DNA of 64,000 bases from an uncultured Ignavibacteriales bacterium (GCA_964464605.1 CAYXJN010000005.1:62001-126000), one strand, 5' to 3'; counted from the stretch's first letter, positions 31,105 to 39,326 are shown. Translations and numbers: made by a program. Notes: generated by a model from the letters alone, not told the origin.

Positions 31105-32199
31105 TTATACGGTAAAGGGTCGTTTGAGTGCGGGCAAAATTTGGTATTTACCCAGCATAATTGCTTTCGCCAACAGCGTGTTGTTTGCCGTCGTTGTGCT
31201 TGTGTGACTGCGGACACCACTTGCCCATTTTTGCTTGTATAGGCTCGAATCTCCTCCCATATCGAGCTGGGCAGGCTGATCTTTTGAAAATAGCTCCTGC
31301 AACAGGTCTAGTTTTAGATTTTCACCGGGATGATAGTACTTCAGGCTGGTGTCAAAATCTGTCCGAATGAGCGAATAGTTGTTCTGATAGGTCAAATAGT
31401 AATCGAATCCGACCGGTTTGCCGCCGATATGCAGAATGCGGATATCGACCCAGCCATGTGCCAATGCTTTCTGAGTGTATTGCTCGTAAAACCGTTTTTG
31501 TCCCGGCACCTGGCCGATAGCCGATCCGGAATCCTGTTTCCAGCTTCGTGATGATACGTCAAGCATAGTTGACACGATATATTCAGGATTCGTTGCAGGA
31601 TTGCAACGTTCAATTCGTGGATTTTCCGCTCTTTGCAGGCGATTTAAACACTCGGATTTGATAAATGTTCTTCTGTCACGGTGTAAGCTTTTCAAATAGT
31701 TCTCCCATGTACCGGAAATGTCTAAATACGGCGATTGACGGCCGTTCTGAGCGAAATAGCGAAGACTGCTTTGCGTGCCAAGAAAATCGGTATACCAATC
31801 GGTCATTAGCTGTGCGGATTCCATATTCTCCGTTACCAGCAGATCCCAATCAGGAATTGATGGGAACGAATCGAACAACCGCGCGGCATCGTTCTGCTCT
31901 TTCGCAATAAAATTGCAGCGCGGGGAGATCGGTGATTGCAGGAATTTGAGCAGTTTTGCCGAAACGAATTTGAACTTCTGCGTCGTGCGCATGAGGGGAG
32001 CAATAGAAACCAATTGCCCGTCCCGCCAGCCGGTTTGAATAGCGAGTTGCGGCCGCGTGTCCCTCGTTGTTATCCAGGTATCGAACCATTCATGGCGCAT
32101 GAATACATGCGCCAGCGGGGTGCTGAGTACCAATTCGTTCCAAGCGTCAGCAAGGCTCTGGAACTCATCATATGAATCAATGAATCGAAACTGCTTCAC
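31105..32199 (-). CDS. CelD/BcsL-like GNAT (Acetyltransf_6) protein
   Basis: WNELV...FMRHEWFDTW, SIAPLM, SPYLDISGTWENY, SSRSWK, HPG, DMGGDSSLYKQKWA. Confidence 0.85.
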   Translation of the reverse strand: MKQFRFIDSYDEFQSLADAWNELVLSTPLAHVFMRHEWFDTWITTRDTRPQLAIQTGWRDGQLVSIAPLMRTTQKFKFVSAKLLKFLQSPISPRCNFIAKEQNDAARLFDSFPSIPDWDLLVTENMESAQLMTDWYTDFLGTQSSLRYFAQNGRQSPYLDISGTWENYLKSLHRDRRTFIKSECLNRLQRAENPRIERCNPATNPEYIVSTMLDVSSRSWKQDSGSAIGQVPGQKRFYEQYTQKALAHGWVDIRILHIGGKPVGFDYYLTYQNNYSLIRTDFDTSLKYYHPGENLKLDLLQELFSKDQPAQLDMGGDSSLYKQKWASGVRSHTSTTTANNTLLAKAIMLGKYQILPALKRPFTV

Positions 32200-32331
32200 G
32201 TAATCCCATAGTTGGCCGGTTTTTCGGAAATCGCTTAGTATATAAATCGGTTGAGAGTATAACAGTATTCACTCAGTATCAACGTTTTACACGCTAAAAC
32301 TGGTTCCCACAAGGGACTGAGAAACTTTTGC

Positions 32332-33483
32332 CTAACAAAGAAAAGTGAGGGAGAAGATTTCGTTGACTGAATCGACAGGCAGAGAAGGGATAACGATAAT
32401 TGCGGCTAAATGAAAACGCTTTAAGAGTCGTTTGAGCACCATCCGCCCAATCGGGCAGAAAATGGAATGATCGGCGCCAAGACCGGCTCCGATTCTACCG
32501 ATCTTCATGAGATCATTCCCTGAAAGCGGGTAATCAACTAATTCCGGTTTTGTGCCAAATCCAAGCTTATACCCGGCCTTTCTGGCAAGGGTCAGGGTTT
32601 CCTGGGTAAATGAGCCTTCTGGATAGCAGATTGTTTCTATCGGCTGGTTCAGCTTTGCTTCGAGTACCTGTTTTGACTCAACCAGTTCTTTTTCCGACTG
32701 TTTGGCGCCGAGCAGTTCGAAGCGATTATGGCTGACCGTGTGTGAACCGATGGCAATGCCGGTTTGCGGGAGTTCCTGAATCTGCTGCCAGCTCATCGGA
32801 TGAATGTTCAGCGTATACTTATTATCGATAATCGTTTCCCATTTTTCTAAAATAGCATCCCGTTCTTCCGGACATAAATCCGCAAGCGGCGCAATTAACT
32901 GGCGTCGAATTTCATATTTGTACTGGGCGAAATTGGGGCGATACCGTTCGAAGACTGCTTTTACTTTTTCCGGTAATTTGGTTTCTTCGATTGCCTGTTT
33001 CCACACGTCTCCGTCACCGTTCAGGTTGTTTAGCACGTTAGTAACCCGCAGATGGTAAAACCGCTGGTCGGTATCAACCATGCCGGTTGGTATATACGCA
33101 ACCGCAGGGAGTTTGCGTTCCCAGAGAATCGGGAATGCATATGTCCAGTTTTCACTGTCGCCGTCATCGTACGTCAACAGCGCGAGCGGCTTACTCTGCG
33201 TTACCGTTTCTTTGCCCGTAACGATATCCTGAAAGCGAGAGAGCGGGATAATCTCAAAATAGCGAGAGATAATTTCAATTTGACGGTTGTATTCTTGAAG
33301 CTGTAACCCTCGTTCGTAACCCTGCAAAAATTCCGGACGGTTTGGATCAGGCACAACCCGGTGATAGGCAAAAACAGCAACAACCGGCTTTCCTTCGATA
33401 CGGGAAACAAGCCAAAGCAAAAACCGCCAAAAACCAGAATGGTAGGCTAGCCACGAACAGAGTTTAACACCGACGTTTTTCAT
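32332..33483 (-). CDS. Polysaccharide deacetylase (CE4/NodB)
   Basis: FAYHRV, LTYDDG, GSHTVSH, CYPEG. Confidence 0.9.
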   Translation of the reverse strand: MKNVGVKLCSWLAYHSGFWRFLLWLVSRIEGKPVVAVFAYHRVVPDPNRPEFLQGYERGLQLQEYNRQIEIISRYFEIIPLSRFQDIVTGKETVTQSKPLALLTYDDGDSENWTYAFPILWERKLPAVAYIPTGMVDTDQRFYHLRVTNVLNNLNGDGDVWKQAIEETKLPEKVKAVFERYRPNFAQYKYEIRRQLIAPLADLCPEERDAILEKWETIIDNKYTLNIHPMSWQQIQELPQTGIAIGSHTVSHNRFELLGAKQSEKELVESKQVLEAKLNQPIETICYPEGSFTQETLTLARKAGYKLGFGTKPELVDYPLSGNDLMKIGRIGAGLGADHSIFCPIGRMVLKRLLKRFHLAAIIVIPSLPVDSVNEIFSLTFLC

Positions 33484-33513
33484 AGGTATGTGTCTGCGTG
33501 TAGTACAGTATCT

Positions 33514-33542
33514 AATATATGACTAATAGGTGCATCATTCAA
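33514..33542 (-). promoter_or_regulatory. Sigma70-type promoter of the EPS cluster
   Basis: Minus strand TTGAAT-N17-TATATT, 30 nt upstream of ATG 33483. Confidence 0.6.
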
Positions 33543-33713
33543 CAAAGATGCGTCTTCTAACGCAAAAAAAGATGCGTCAAATATTGTACATACCTCGGGG
33601 TACATAAAATCCGGCATAAAAACAGCCAGTTGATGCTCTGCTTGGACATAATTGGACATATGCCCAGTATATCGGCAGTTTTTTGGCGATTCCGAAGGGG
33701 AAGAAAACCAGGG

Positions 33714-36050
33714 TCAGTTGGCGGAATCAGGTGTCAAAATGAGCGTTTGAACACTGTGGGCAATGACTTGCTCATGCGTAAATGGCAGATTCCACCGGCG
33801 ACCGGACTCCCACAGCGGGAAAAAGTCAAAGAAATGGTCGCTCATGGGGTTACCGGATTCTCCGGCCGGCAAAACGAGGGTTGCCTCGTCGATTTTTGCG
33901 AAATCGACAATAAACCGCATACTCGGGGCGACAATGGTTCGAAATGAACCATCCTTTGTCGGGACGGCGAAAGCGGCGTTAAGTGTTCCGGACGAACCCG
34001 CCCACGGCCACGGTCCTTTTCGTAATTCCAAAATCGAACTGACCACCGGCACTTCGGCGAAAGGATGCTGCATCGCCAAGCTGTTTATATCCCCCCAGCG
34101 GTTATTGCCGAGATCACCGACTGCGTTTTTCATAGCGGAAAGCAGAGTTGAATCATCGGGTGCGGCGTTTTCGCCGAAAATTTCATCCTCAAGCCAGATT
34201 GTCCGGACACCCCGGGCGAGTGAATCGCCGACCAGGGATGCATGCGACGCCAGCTTCAAATGGCGGATAAACAGCTGGATGACCGCCGTCGGACGCGATT
34301 CCAGATCGGTAGCGCCATCCCATTGAGCGACCGTATCGGCGAGTGCCGCATTCCCCATCTTTCGTAGCTGATCCGCCGCCAGATTTTTCCAGCGCACGAG
34401 ACTGAAATCATGGCAGTCCATCTGGAACTTCTCGCAATCCCGCACCGAAACAAGAACTGCCGAGTCAAGCAGATGATTGATCCGCAGAATCCGGTCGGCG
34501 GCAAACGAGCCGGGAAGTTCATAGGGGAGATTTGTCGCCGGGATATTATTACAGGATGCCAGCCAACCGCGGGGCGGGTTATAAGCATGCGGAGTCATTT
34601 CGAGTGGCCAATACCCGCGCCATTCACACGTACTGTCACTTCCGTTGAGTGGTGCATTACTGTTTGGCAACGGTCGAATCGGGATTGGCGTACCTAACTG
34701 GTAACCGATATTGCCTTGTTTATCTGCGTACATCCAATTGGCATCAAGCGCGCCAAGCGTGGTAACAGCGCGTCGGAAATCTTCAAACTTGCTGACCGTT
34801 CGCAGGGCAAAACCGGAACTGACCGCCTGATTTAAATCGGCATCATACCCTGCCCAACGCTGCGATATAATTTCTTTGGTGGTGGAATCTTTCCAGATAA
34901 CCGGACCATGATGGGTCAGCCAGACCTGCTCGACATGCGGGGAATCAATGCCGTGAATGAACAGCGTTTCGGGAATAACAGAAAAGCTGCGCCACGTTTC
35001 ACCGCTCCAGTAAACGAGTGAATCCTCCGCCTGAGTCGTTTCCCGATAATATTCGGTGACATCGATTCCGGCGGCGGTAAAGGCAAAGGCCGCTTTGCCG
35101 TTGTGTCCCATCACCACGAACGGTAATCCGGGCAAAGAAATTCCCACAGTGCCGCTTGAATCTGCTGCTATGTGTAAACCCACCGCATACCAGAATTGCG
35201 GGAGCCGGCCGATTTCAAGATGCGGATCGGATGATAAAATCGCATTTCCGGAACTGCTTTTACCGGGGCTAATCACCCAGGCATTCGAACCGCCGCTTGG
35301 GGTAGTTAGTCCCGGTAAAATAGCCTGCGCAGTCGCATGACGGAATTGATCGTCGATATCAAAAAAGCTGATTGAAGAATCAGTCGGTACGGTCGGCGGC
35401 GCCCACGATGGATATTTTGTGCTAATCGTGTTGACACTTCCGGCTCCCTTGGTTTTGTACAATTCCAAAAACCAGCTATCACGGTTCTGCAATGAATTGG
35501 AAAACCAGGTTTGAAAGCTCAGGGCGGCAAGACAGTCTTTGACTGTCCATTCAGTGAAGGGGATGCCTAAGATTTGAAATTCGAAGGGAAGCGCTTTACA
35601 GTTTTTGACATAGAAATTAACCCCATCTGCGTAAATCTGTAGACGCTTTTTGTTTTCTTCCGTTAGCGTTGCCATCGCGCTGTCGGCAAGGCGATGGTGA
35701 CCAATTCGGCGCGCTTCCAAATCATATGATAAAGAAATTGGTCCCAGTAACTCAGAAAGTTTCCCCTGCGAAATACGGCGGATAAGCTCCATTTGAAACA
35801 GGCGGTCGGATGCATGCAGCCACCCCATCGAAAAAAGCGCGTCCTGTTCATTCTGTGCCCATACCTGCGGAATACCGAGACTGTCGAAGGTTATTTCAAC
35901 CGGATGCGAGAGTGCTTCGACGGTTATTGATCCTTCCCGCTGTGGAACGGAGTTGTGGAGCGTGACATACACATACAGCACCGCTCCGGCAAGCATGCTT
36001 GCCAAAAGAAGCAGGACAGAACGAAGGATGGTTTTCGTACGGGGTTTCAC
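33714..36050 (-). CDS. Penicillin acylase family Ntn-hydrolase, membrane-anchored or exported
   Basis: N-terminal TM; GWLHASDRLFQME, autoproteolysis site GG|SNAW, SDPHL, PGLP.V.MGHN, PSMRFIVD, GESGNP. GTG start overlaps the upstream TAG. Confidence 0.92.
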   Translation of the reverse strand: MKPRTKTILRSVLLLLASMLAGAVLYVYVTLHNSVPQREGSITVEALSHPVEITFDSLGIPQVWAQNEQDALFSMGWLHASDRLFQMELIRRISQGKLSELLGPISLSYDLEARRIGHHRLADSAMATLTEENKKRLQIYADGVNFYVKNCKALPFEFQILGIPFTEWTVKDCLAALSFQTWFSNSLQNRDSWFLELYKTKGAGSVNTISTKYPSWAPPTVPTDSSISFFDIDDQFRHATAQAILPGLTTPSGGSNAWVISPGKSSSGNAILSSDPHLEIGRLPQFWYAVGLHIAADSSGTVGISLPGLPFVVMGHNGKAAFAFTAAGIDVTEYYRETTQAEDSLVYWSGETWRSFSVIPETLFIHGIDSPHVEQVWLTHHGPVIWKDSTTKEIISQRWAGYDADLNQAVSSGFALRTVSKFEDFRRAVTTLGALDANWMYADKQGNIGYQLGTPIPIRPLPNSNAPLNGSDSTCEWRGYWPLEMTPHAYNPPRGWLASCNNIPATNLPYELPGSFAADRILRINHLLDSAVLVSVRDCEKFQMDCHDFSLVRWKNLAADQLRKMGNAALADTVAQWDGATDLESRPTAVIQLFIRHLKLASHASLVGDSLARGVRTIWLEDEIFGENAAPDDSTLLSAMKNAVGDLGNNRWGDINSLAMQHPFAEVPVVSSILELRKGPWPWAGSSGTLNAAFAVPTKDGSFRTIVAPSMRFIVDFAKIDEATLVLPAGESGNPMSDHFFDFFPLWESGRRWNLPFTHEQVIAHSVQTLILTPDSAN

Positions 36051-37405
36051 TAATTATTAATACCGCAGGCGGGGGCGGGAATACGGCCGCCGCGACGGAT
36101 AAAATCGGCAGAGGAAAACCGGGAGACCGGCATAATCGGGGCGGTTCCTAAAAGGCCGCCATACTCGACTGATTGACCGACTGTTTTGCCGGGAACCGGA
36201 ATAATACGGACGGCAGTGGTTTTGTTGTTCACCACACCGATAGCGGCTTCATCGGCAATAATCGCCGCGATAGTTTCAACTGGTGTATCACCGGGAACAG
36301 CGACCATATCAAGTCCGACTGAGCAGACAGCCGTCATCGCTTCCAATTTTTCAAGTGATATTGCACCTGCTTCGACTGCGCGAATCATACCGGCATCTTC
36401 AGAAACCGGAATGAACGCGCCGGATAACCCACCGACAAACGAGGAAGCCATCAACCCTCCTTTTTTCACCGCGTCATTCAGCAGCATGAGCGCTGCCGTA
36501 GTGCCGGGTGCGCCGCAGCGTTCGATTCCCATCGCTTCCAGAATATCCGCAACCGAATCTCCTTCGGCGGGAGTGGGGGCTAACGAGAGATCGACAATCC
36601 CAAACGGAACGCCGAGCCGTTCGGATACTTTTCGTCCTGCCAGTTCTCCCATACGGGTTACTTTAAAGGCAGTGCGTTTGATAACTTCAGCCAGCGTTCC
36701 GATATCACAGCTGCCTGCTTTGCGCACGGCGTTGAGTACGACGCCGGGGCCGGAGATACCGACATTGATAACCACTTCCGGTTCGGAAACGCCATGAAAG
36801 GCACCGGCAATGAACGGATTGTCTTCTACCGCATTGGCGAAGACGACCAATTTGCAGCAACCGAGCGCATTTTCCGTTTTGGCGGCGGTGTCTTTGATGA
36901 TATGACCCATCAGCGCGATCGCATCCATGTTGATTCCCGCTTTGGTCGAGGCGACATTTACCGATGAGCAGATTCGTTTAGTGGTAGCAAGGGCATCCGG
37001 AATCGATTCGATTAGGTTGCGATCACCGGTGGTCATCCCTTTTTGTACTAATGCGCCGTAGCCACCTAAATAATCGATACCGAGTTCTGCTGCGCAGTTG
37101 TCGAGTGTTTCGGCGATTTCGATGAGGGTCCCTTTATCATGTCCGCTTCCGACGATACCGATCGGGGTTACAGCGATTCTTTTGTTCGCGATCGGAATAC
37201 CGTAATCGGCGGAAACTTTCTCGACGGTTTTGACATGATGCTCTGCTTTGGCAAGCAGTTTGGCGCGGATATTGGCGATTAATCGCTTCGGGTCGGAAGT
37301 CGCACAATCCAACAGCGAAATGCCCATGGTGACGGTACGGATGTCGAGATGCTCGACTTCCGTCATATGAATCGTTTCGACTATTTCCTGCGGATGGTAT
37401 GACAT
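36050..37405 (-). CDS. UPF0210/DUF711 PFL-like family protein
   Basis: [81 protein letters not shown]. Confidence 0.93.
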   Translation of the reverse strand: MSYHPQEIVETIHMTEVEHLDIRTVTMGISLLDCATSDPKRLIANIRAKLLAKAEHHVKTVEKVSADYGIPIANKRIAVTPIGIVGSGHDKGTLIEIAETLDNCAAELGIDYLGGYGALVQKGMTTGDRNLIESIPDALATTKRICSSVNVASTKAGINMDAIALMGHIIKDTAAKTENALGCCKLVVFANAVEDNPFIAGAFHGVSEPEVVINVGISGPGVVLNAVRKAGSCDIGTLAEVIKRTAFKVTRMGELAGRKVSERLGVPFGIVDLSLAPTPAEGDSVADILEAMGIERCGAPGTTAALMLLNDAVKKGGLMASSFVGGLSGAFIPVSEDAGMIRAVEAGAISLEKLEAMTAVCSVGLDMVAVPGDTPVETIAAIIADEAAIGVVNNKTTAVRIIPVPGKTVGQSVEYGGLLGTAPIMPVSRFSSADFIRRGGRIPAPACGINN

Positions 37406-37429
37406 AAAATTATGTACGAACGAAAAACG

Positions 37430-37957
37430 TTAAATACGGTGCATGTAGCGGAAGATGTCTTCATGCATGATGAACACCTTCATGCCCAGCTGCGTTTCGG
37501 TATCTTTGATCCGGTCACGTACCAGCGCAAAGTCCATTTTGCAGTCCTGAATATCGACAATCATGATCATCGAGAAAAAATCCTGCATGATTGTCTGCGA
37601 AATATCTTCGATATTGCAGTGCAGTTCCGCCAGCACTTTGGTAATGGCCGCGACAACGCCCGGGCGGTTTTTGCCGAAGGCCGCCACGATCACGCGGTTG
37701 CTTTGTCCCTGTGATATCTTGTTGTAAAGCCCGGAAACATCGCTCCCCGGTTCAGTGAAATTTGCCAGTGAAGATTTGGAATCCCGTGATGAGGCCGCGC
37801 AGGTGACAGCAGGAATCGACGGATTCCCCTGATCCTGTTTCATCGAATCGACGACTGAGTCGATTACCCGGCGGAGCGCTTTGGCATCAAGCGATGCGCC
37901 CATCCGCCCGACAACAATTTCCGTAATCCGGCTGATTTCCTGTTCAGAAAAATTCAT
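37430..37957 (-). CDS. UPF0237 ACT-domain protein with ~85-aa N-terminal extension
   Basis: GKNRPGVVA, NIEDISQTIMQDFFSMIMIVD and C-terminal EDIFRYMHRI; lies directly upstream of UPF0210 as in the known pair. Confidence 0.9.
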   Translation of the reverse strand: MNFSEQEISRITEIVVGRMGASLDAKALRRVIDSVVDSMKQDQGNPSIPAVTCAASSRDSKSSLANFTEPGSDVSGLYNKISQGQSNRVIVAAFGKNRPGVVAAITKVLAELHCNIEDISQTIMQDFFSMIMIVDIQDCKMDFALVRDRIKDTETQLGMKVFIMHEDIFRYMHRI

Positions 37958-37960
37958 GTG

Positions 37961-38098
37961 TTACGCGCGTGATGAGAATTGCGAACGTTCGGTGTATCGT
38001 TCGATCAGTTTTGCGGCGACGAACCCGATGATGATACCGGCAACGAATGAAGCCAGCCATTCCAGACGGCGTTTGGTTTGTTCGCTTAACGGTTTCAT
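37961..38098 (-). CDS. Small single-pass membrane protein, 45 aa (absent from ORF track)
   Basis: MKPLSEQTKRRLEWLASFVAGIIIGFVAAKLIERYTERSQFSSRA*; ATG overlaps the BMC-P stop (ATGA); TAA ends 3 nt before the ACT gene ATG, filling the gap exactly. Confidence 0.75.
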   Translation of the reverse strand: MKPLSEQTKRRLEWLASFVAGIIIGFVAAKLIERYTERSQFSSRA

Positions 38099-38421
38099 CC
38101 GGCTTTTTTCTTGTAATGAATTTTTTCGGGGTCCAAATCGCCGGTATAGAAGCTCGACTGTACTTCGTATTCGTCGATGATTCCGGTAACGGCTGCTTCG
38201 ATGGATGCGTTCTCATTCCCAATCGCCAAACGAGCGGCGCGGCCATAGGCGACAATCACCACTTCACCTTCGCCTGCACCGAGTACATCGGCTGCGACAA
38301 CGGTATCGGTATTCGGTGCTTTTTTCAGGTTAATGGGCTGGATAATGAGAAATTTGAGGCCATCGGTATTCGATGTTTTTCTCGTTGCCCAGAGTGTGCC
38401 GACGACGCGCCCGATAAACAT
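38095..38421 (-). CDS. BMC vertex pentamer (BMC-P, EutN/CcmL family)
   Basis: MFIGRVVGTLWATRK...GLKFLII...VAADVLGAGEGEVVIVAYGRAAR...IEAAVTGIID. Confidence 0.95.
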   Translation of the reverse strand: MFIGRVVGTLWATRKTSNTDGLKFLIIQPINLKKAPNTDTVVAADVLGAGEGEVVIVAYGRAARLAIGNENASIEAAVTGIIDEYEVQSSFYTGDLDPEKIHYKKKAG

Positions 38422-38423
38422 GG

Positions 38424-38942
38424 CTAACCCAGTTTCAGCGCGCTCTTGAGGGCATCCACCAACTGCGCTTTGCCGGCCATCGAAATTTCCCGTCCCTTAA
38501 TGCTGAGGTTAGAAACGGTGCGGGCTAACTGACGAAGTTCAGTAACAGTCATGTTTTCAAGTTCATGCGCGGAGGTTGGCTGCTTGATACTATCGCCGCC
38601 ATATTGCGAGTCACTGTGAATCGAGCTTAAGGCAGGGCGATTATCGGGATTGTATTTCGATACATAACGCGCATCCGGCAGTATCGTTACCAGTTCATTG
38701 TCCGGGCGGGGGATAACAGTGGTAGCGACCACTTCACCTGCTTGTTCTGCTGCGCGAGCGCCGGCTTCAACGGCTGATTGCACTGCGCTGAGTTCACCTT
38801 CAATGCGAAGGGTAAGATAGGCGGCATCGGTAACTTCAGCGGAAGATACCACCACACCGGCCGCTTTTGCTGCTGCATCGGCGGCGACAATCGCGCCGAT
38901 AAGGCCGTTTGTTTCGATAAGTCCAAGTGCGAACATTGTCAT
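38424..38942 (-). CDS. BMC shell hexamer (BMC-H) with C-terminal helical extension
   Basis: ALGLIETNGLIGAIVAADAAAKAA, GELSAVQSAVEAG, VIPRP; tail ELENMTVTELRQLAR...GREISMAGKAQLV. Confidence 0.95.
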   Translation of the reverse strand: MTMFALGLIETNGLIGAIVAADAAAKAAGVVVSSAEVTDAAYLTLRIEGELSAVQSAVEAGARAAEQAGEVVATTVIPRPDNELVTILPDARYVSKYNPDNRPALSSIHSDSQYGGDSIKQPTSAHELENMTVTELRQLARTVSNLSIKGREISMAGKAQLVDALKSALKLG

Positions 38943-38948
38943 TGGCCG

Positions 38949-38977
38949 AAGATACCCGCATTCAAACTTTCTGTAAA
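38949..38977 (-). promoter_or_regulatory. Sigma70-type promoter of the BMC operon, probably leaderless
   Basis: Minus strand TTTACA-N17-TATCTT, then 6 nt, then ATG; no SD sequence. Confidence 0.55.
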
Positions 38978-39030
38978 TGAATACTTAGTGACGTTGTCAC
39001 CTTTCTCTTTTTGATCGCATGATTTACCCC

Positions 39031-39069
39031 AAAAAGAAACCACCCGTATCCCCCTCGGACACGAGTGGC
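39031..39069 (-). terminator. Intrinsic terminator in the activator-BMC intergenic region
   Basis: Minus strand CCACTCGTGTCC-GAGGG-GGATACGGGTGG then TTTCTTTTT; two G-U pairs form only on the minus strand. Confidence 0.75.
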
Positions 39070-39124
39070 ACCCACCAAAGAGAAAAGAACAGACCGACTG
39101 CTTTACAGCGTCGGATTCAGGACA
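39031..39124 (-). ncRNA. Candidate ~95-nt small RNA
   Basis: Lies between a sigma54-type promoter and a terminator; GNRA-capped hairpin CCGACGCT-GTAA-AGCAGTCGG, pyrimidine-rich linker, terminator stem. Confidence 0.45.
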
Positions 39125-39134
39125 CAAAATGTGT

Positions 39135-39150
39135 CGCAAATTTTTTGCCG
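39135..39150 (-). promoter_or_regulatory. Candidate sigma54 -24/-12 promoter
   Basis: Minus strand CGGCAAAAAATTTGCG has exact GG-N10-GC spacing with GGCA and TTGC cores; downstream of a sigma54 activator gene. Confidence 0.5.
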
Positions 39151-39277
39151 TACCGATGTGGATAACGTGACCGGTTGTCGTATCGCATTGCAAGTCATTG
39201 CGTTACAGGGAGTGCGGCGCATCGAATGTGATGGAAATGAAAGAAAAAGTCGTATGATTTTACGAGCAGGTTGATCT

Positions 39278-39326
39278 AAATGAAAACGGTAAGCGATTGT
39301 TTTGTAATCACTTACCGTTTCATTTT
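39278..39326. repeat. Long imperfect inverted repeat (~21-bp arms)
   Basis: AAATGAAAACGGTAAGCGATT-GTTTTGT-AATCACTTACCGTTTCATTTT. Confidence 0.85.

Noticed and set aside
36050..37405. Calling the BMC a glycyl-radical (GRM) compartment because UPF0210 is labelled PFL-like
   Set aside because: No RVxG glycyl-radical loop and no radical-SAM activase in the locus.
37944..38255. 103-aa minus-strand ORF bridging BMC-P and ACT
   Set aside because: Overlaps both genes out of frame; the 45-aa ORF at 37961-38098 fits the gap exactly.
38939..39193. 84-aa Cys-rich ORF whose stop overlaps the BMC-H start
   Set aside because: No RBS or recognisable family, and it crosses a terminator and two promoter-like elements; not fully excluded.
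39278..39326. Inverted repeat as MITE or IS ends
   Set aside because: Only a 7-nt spacer, no target duplication and no second copy seen in the window.
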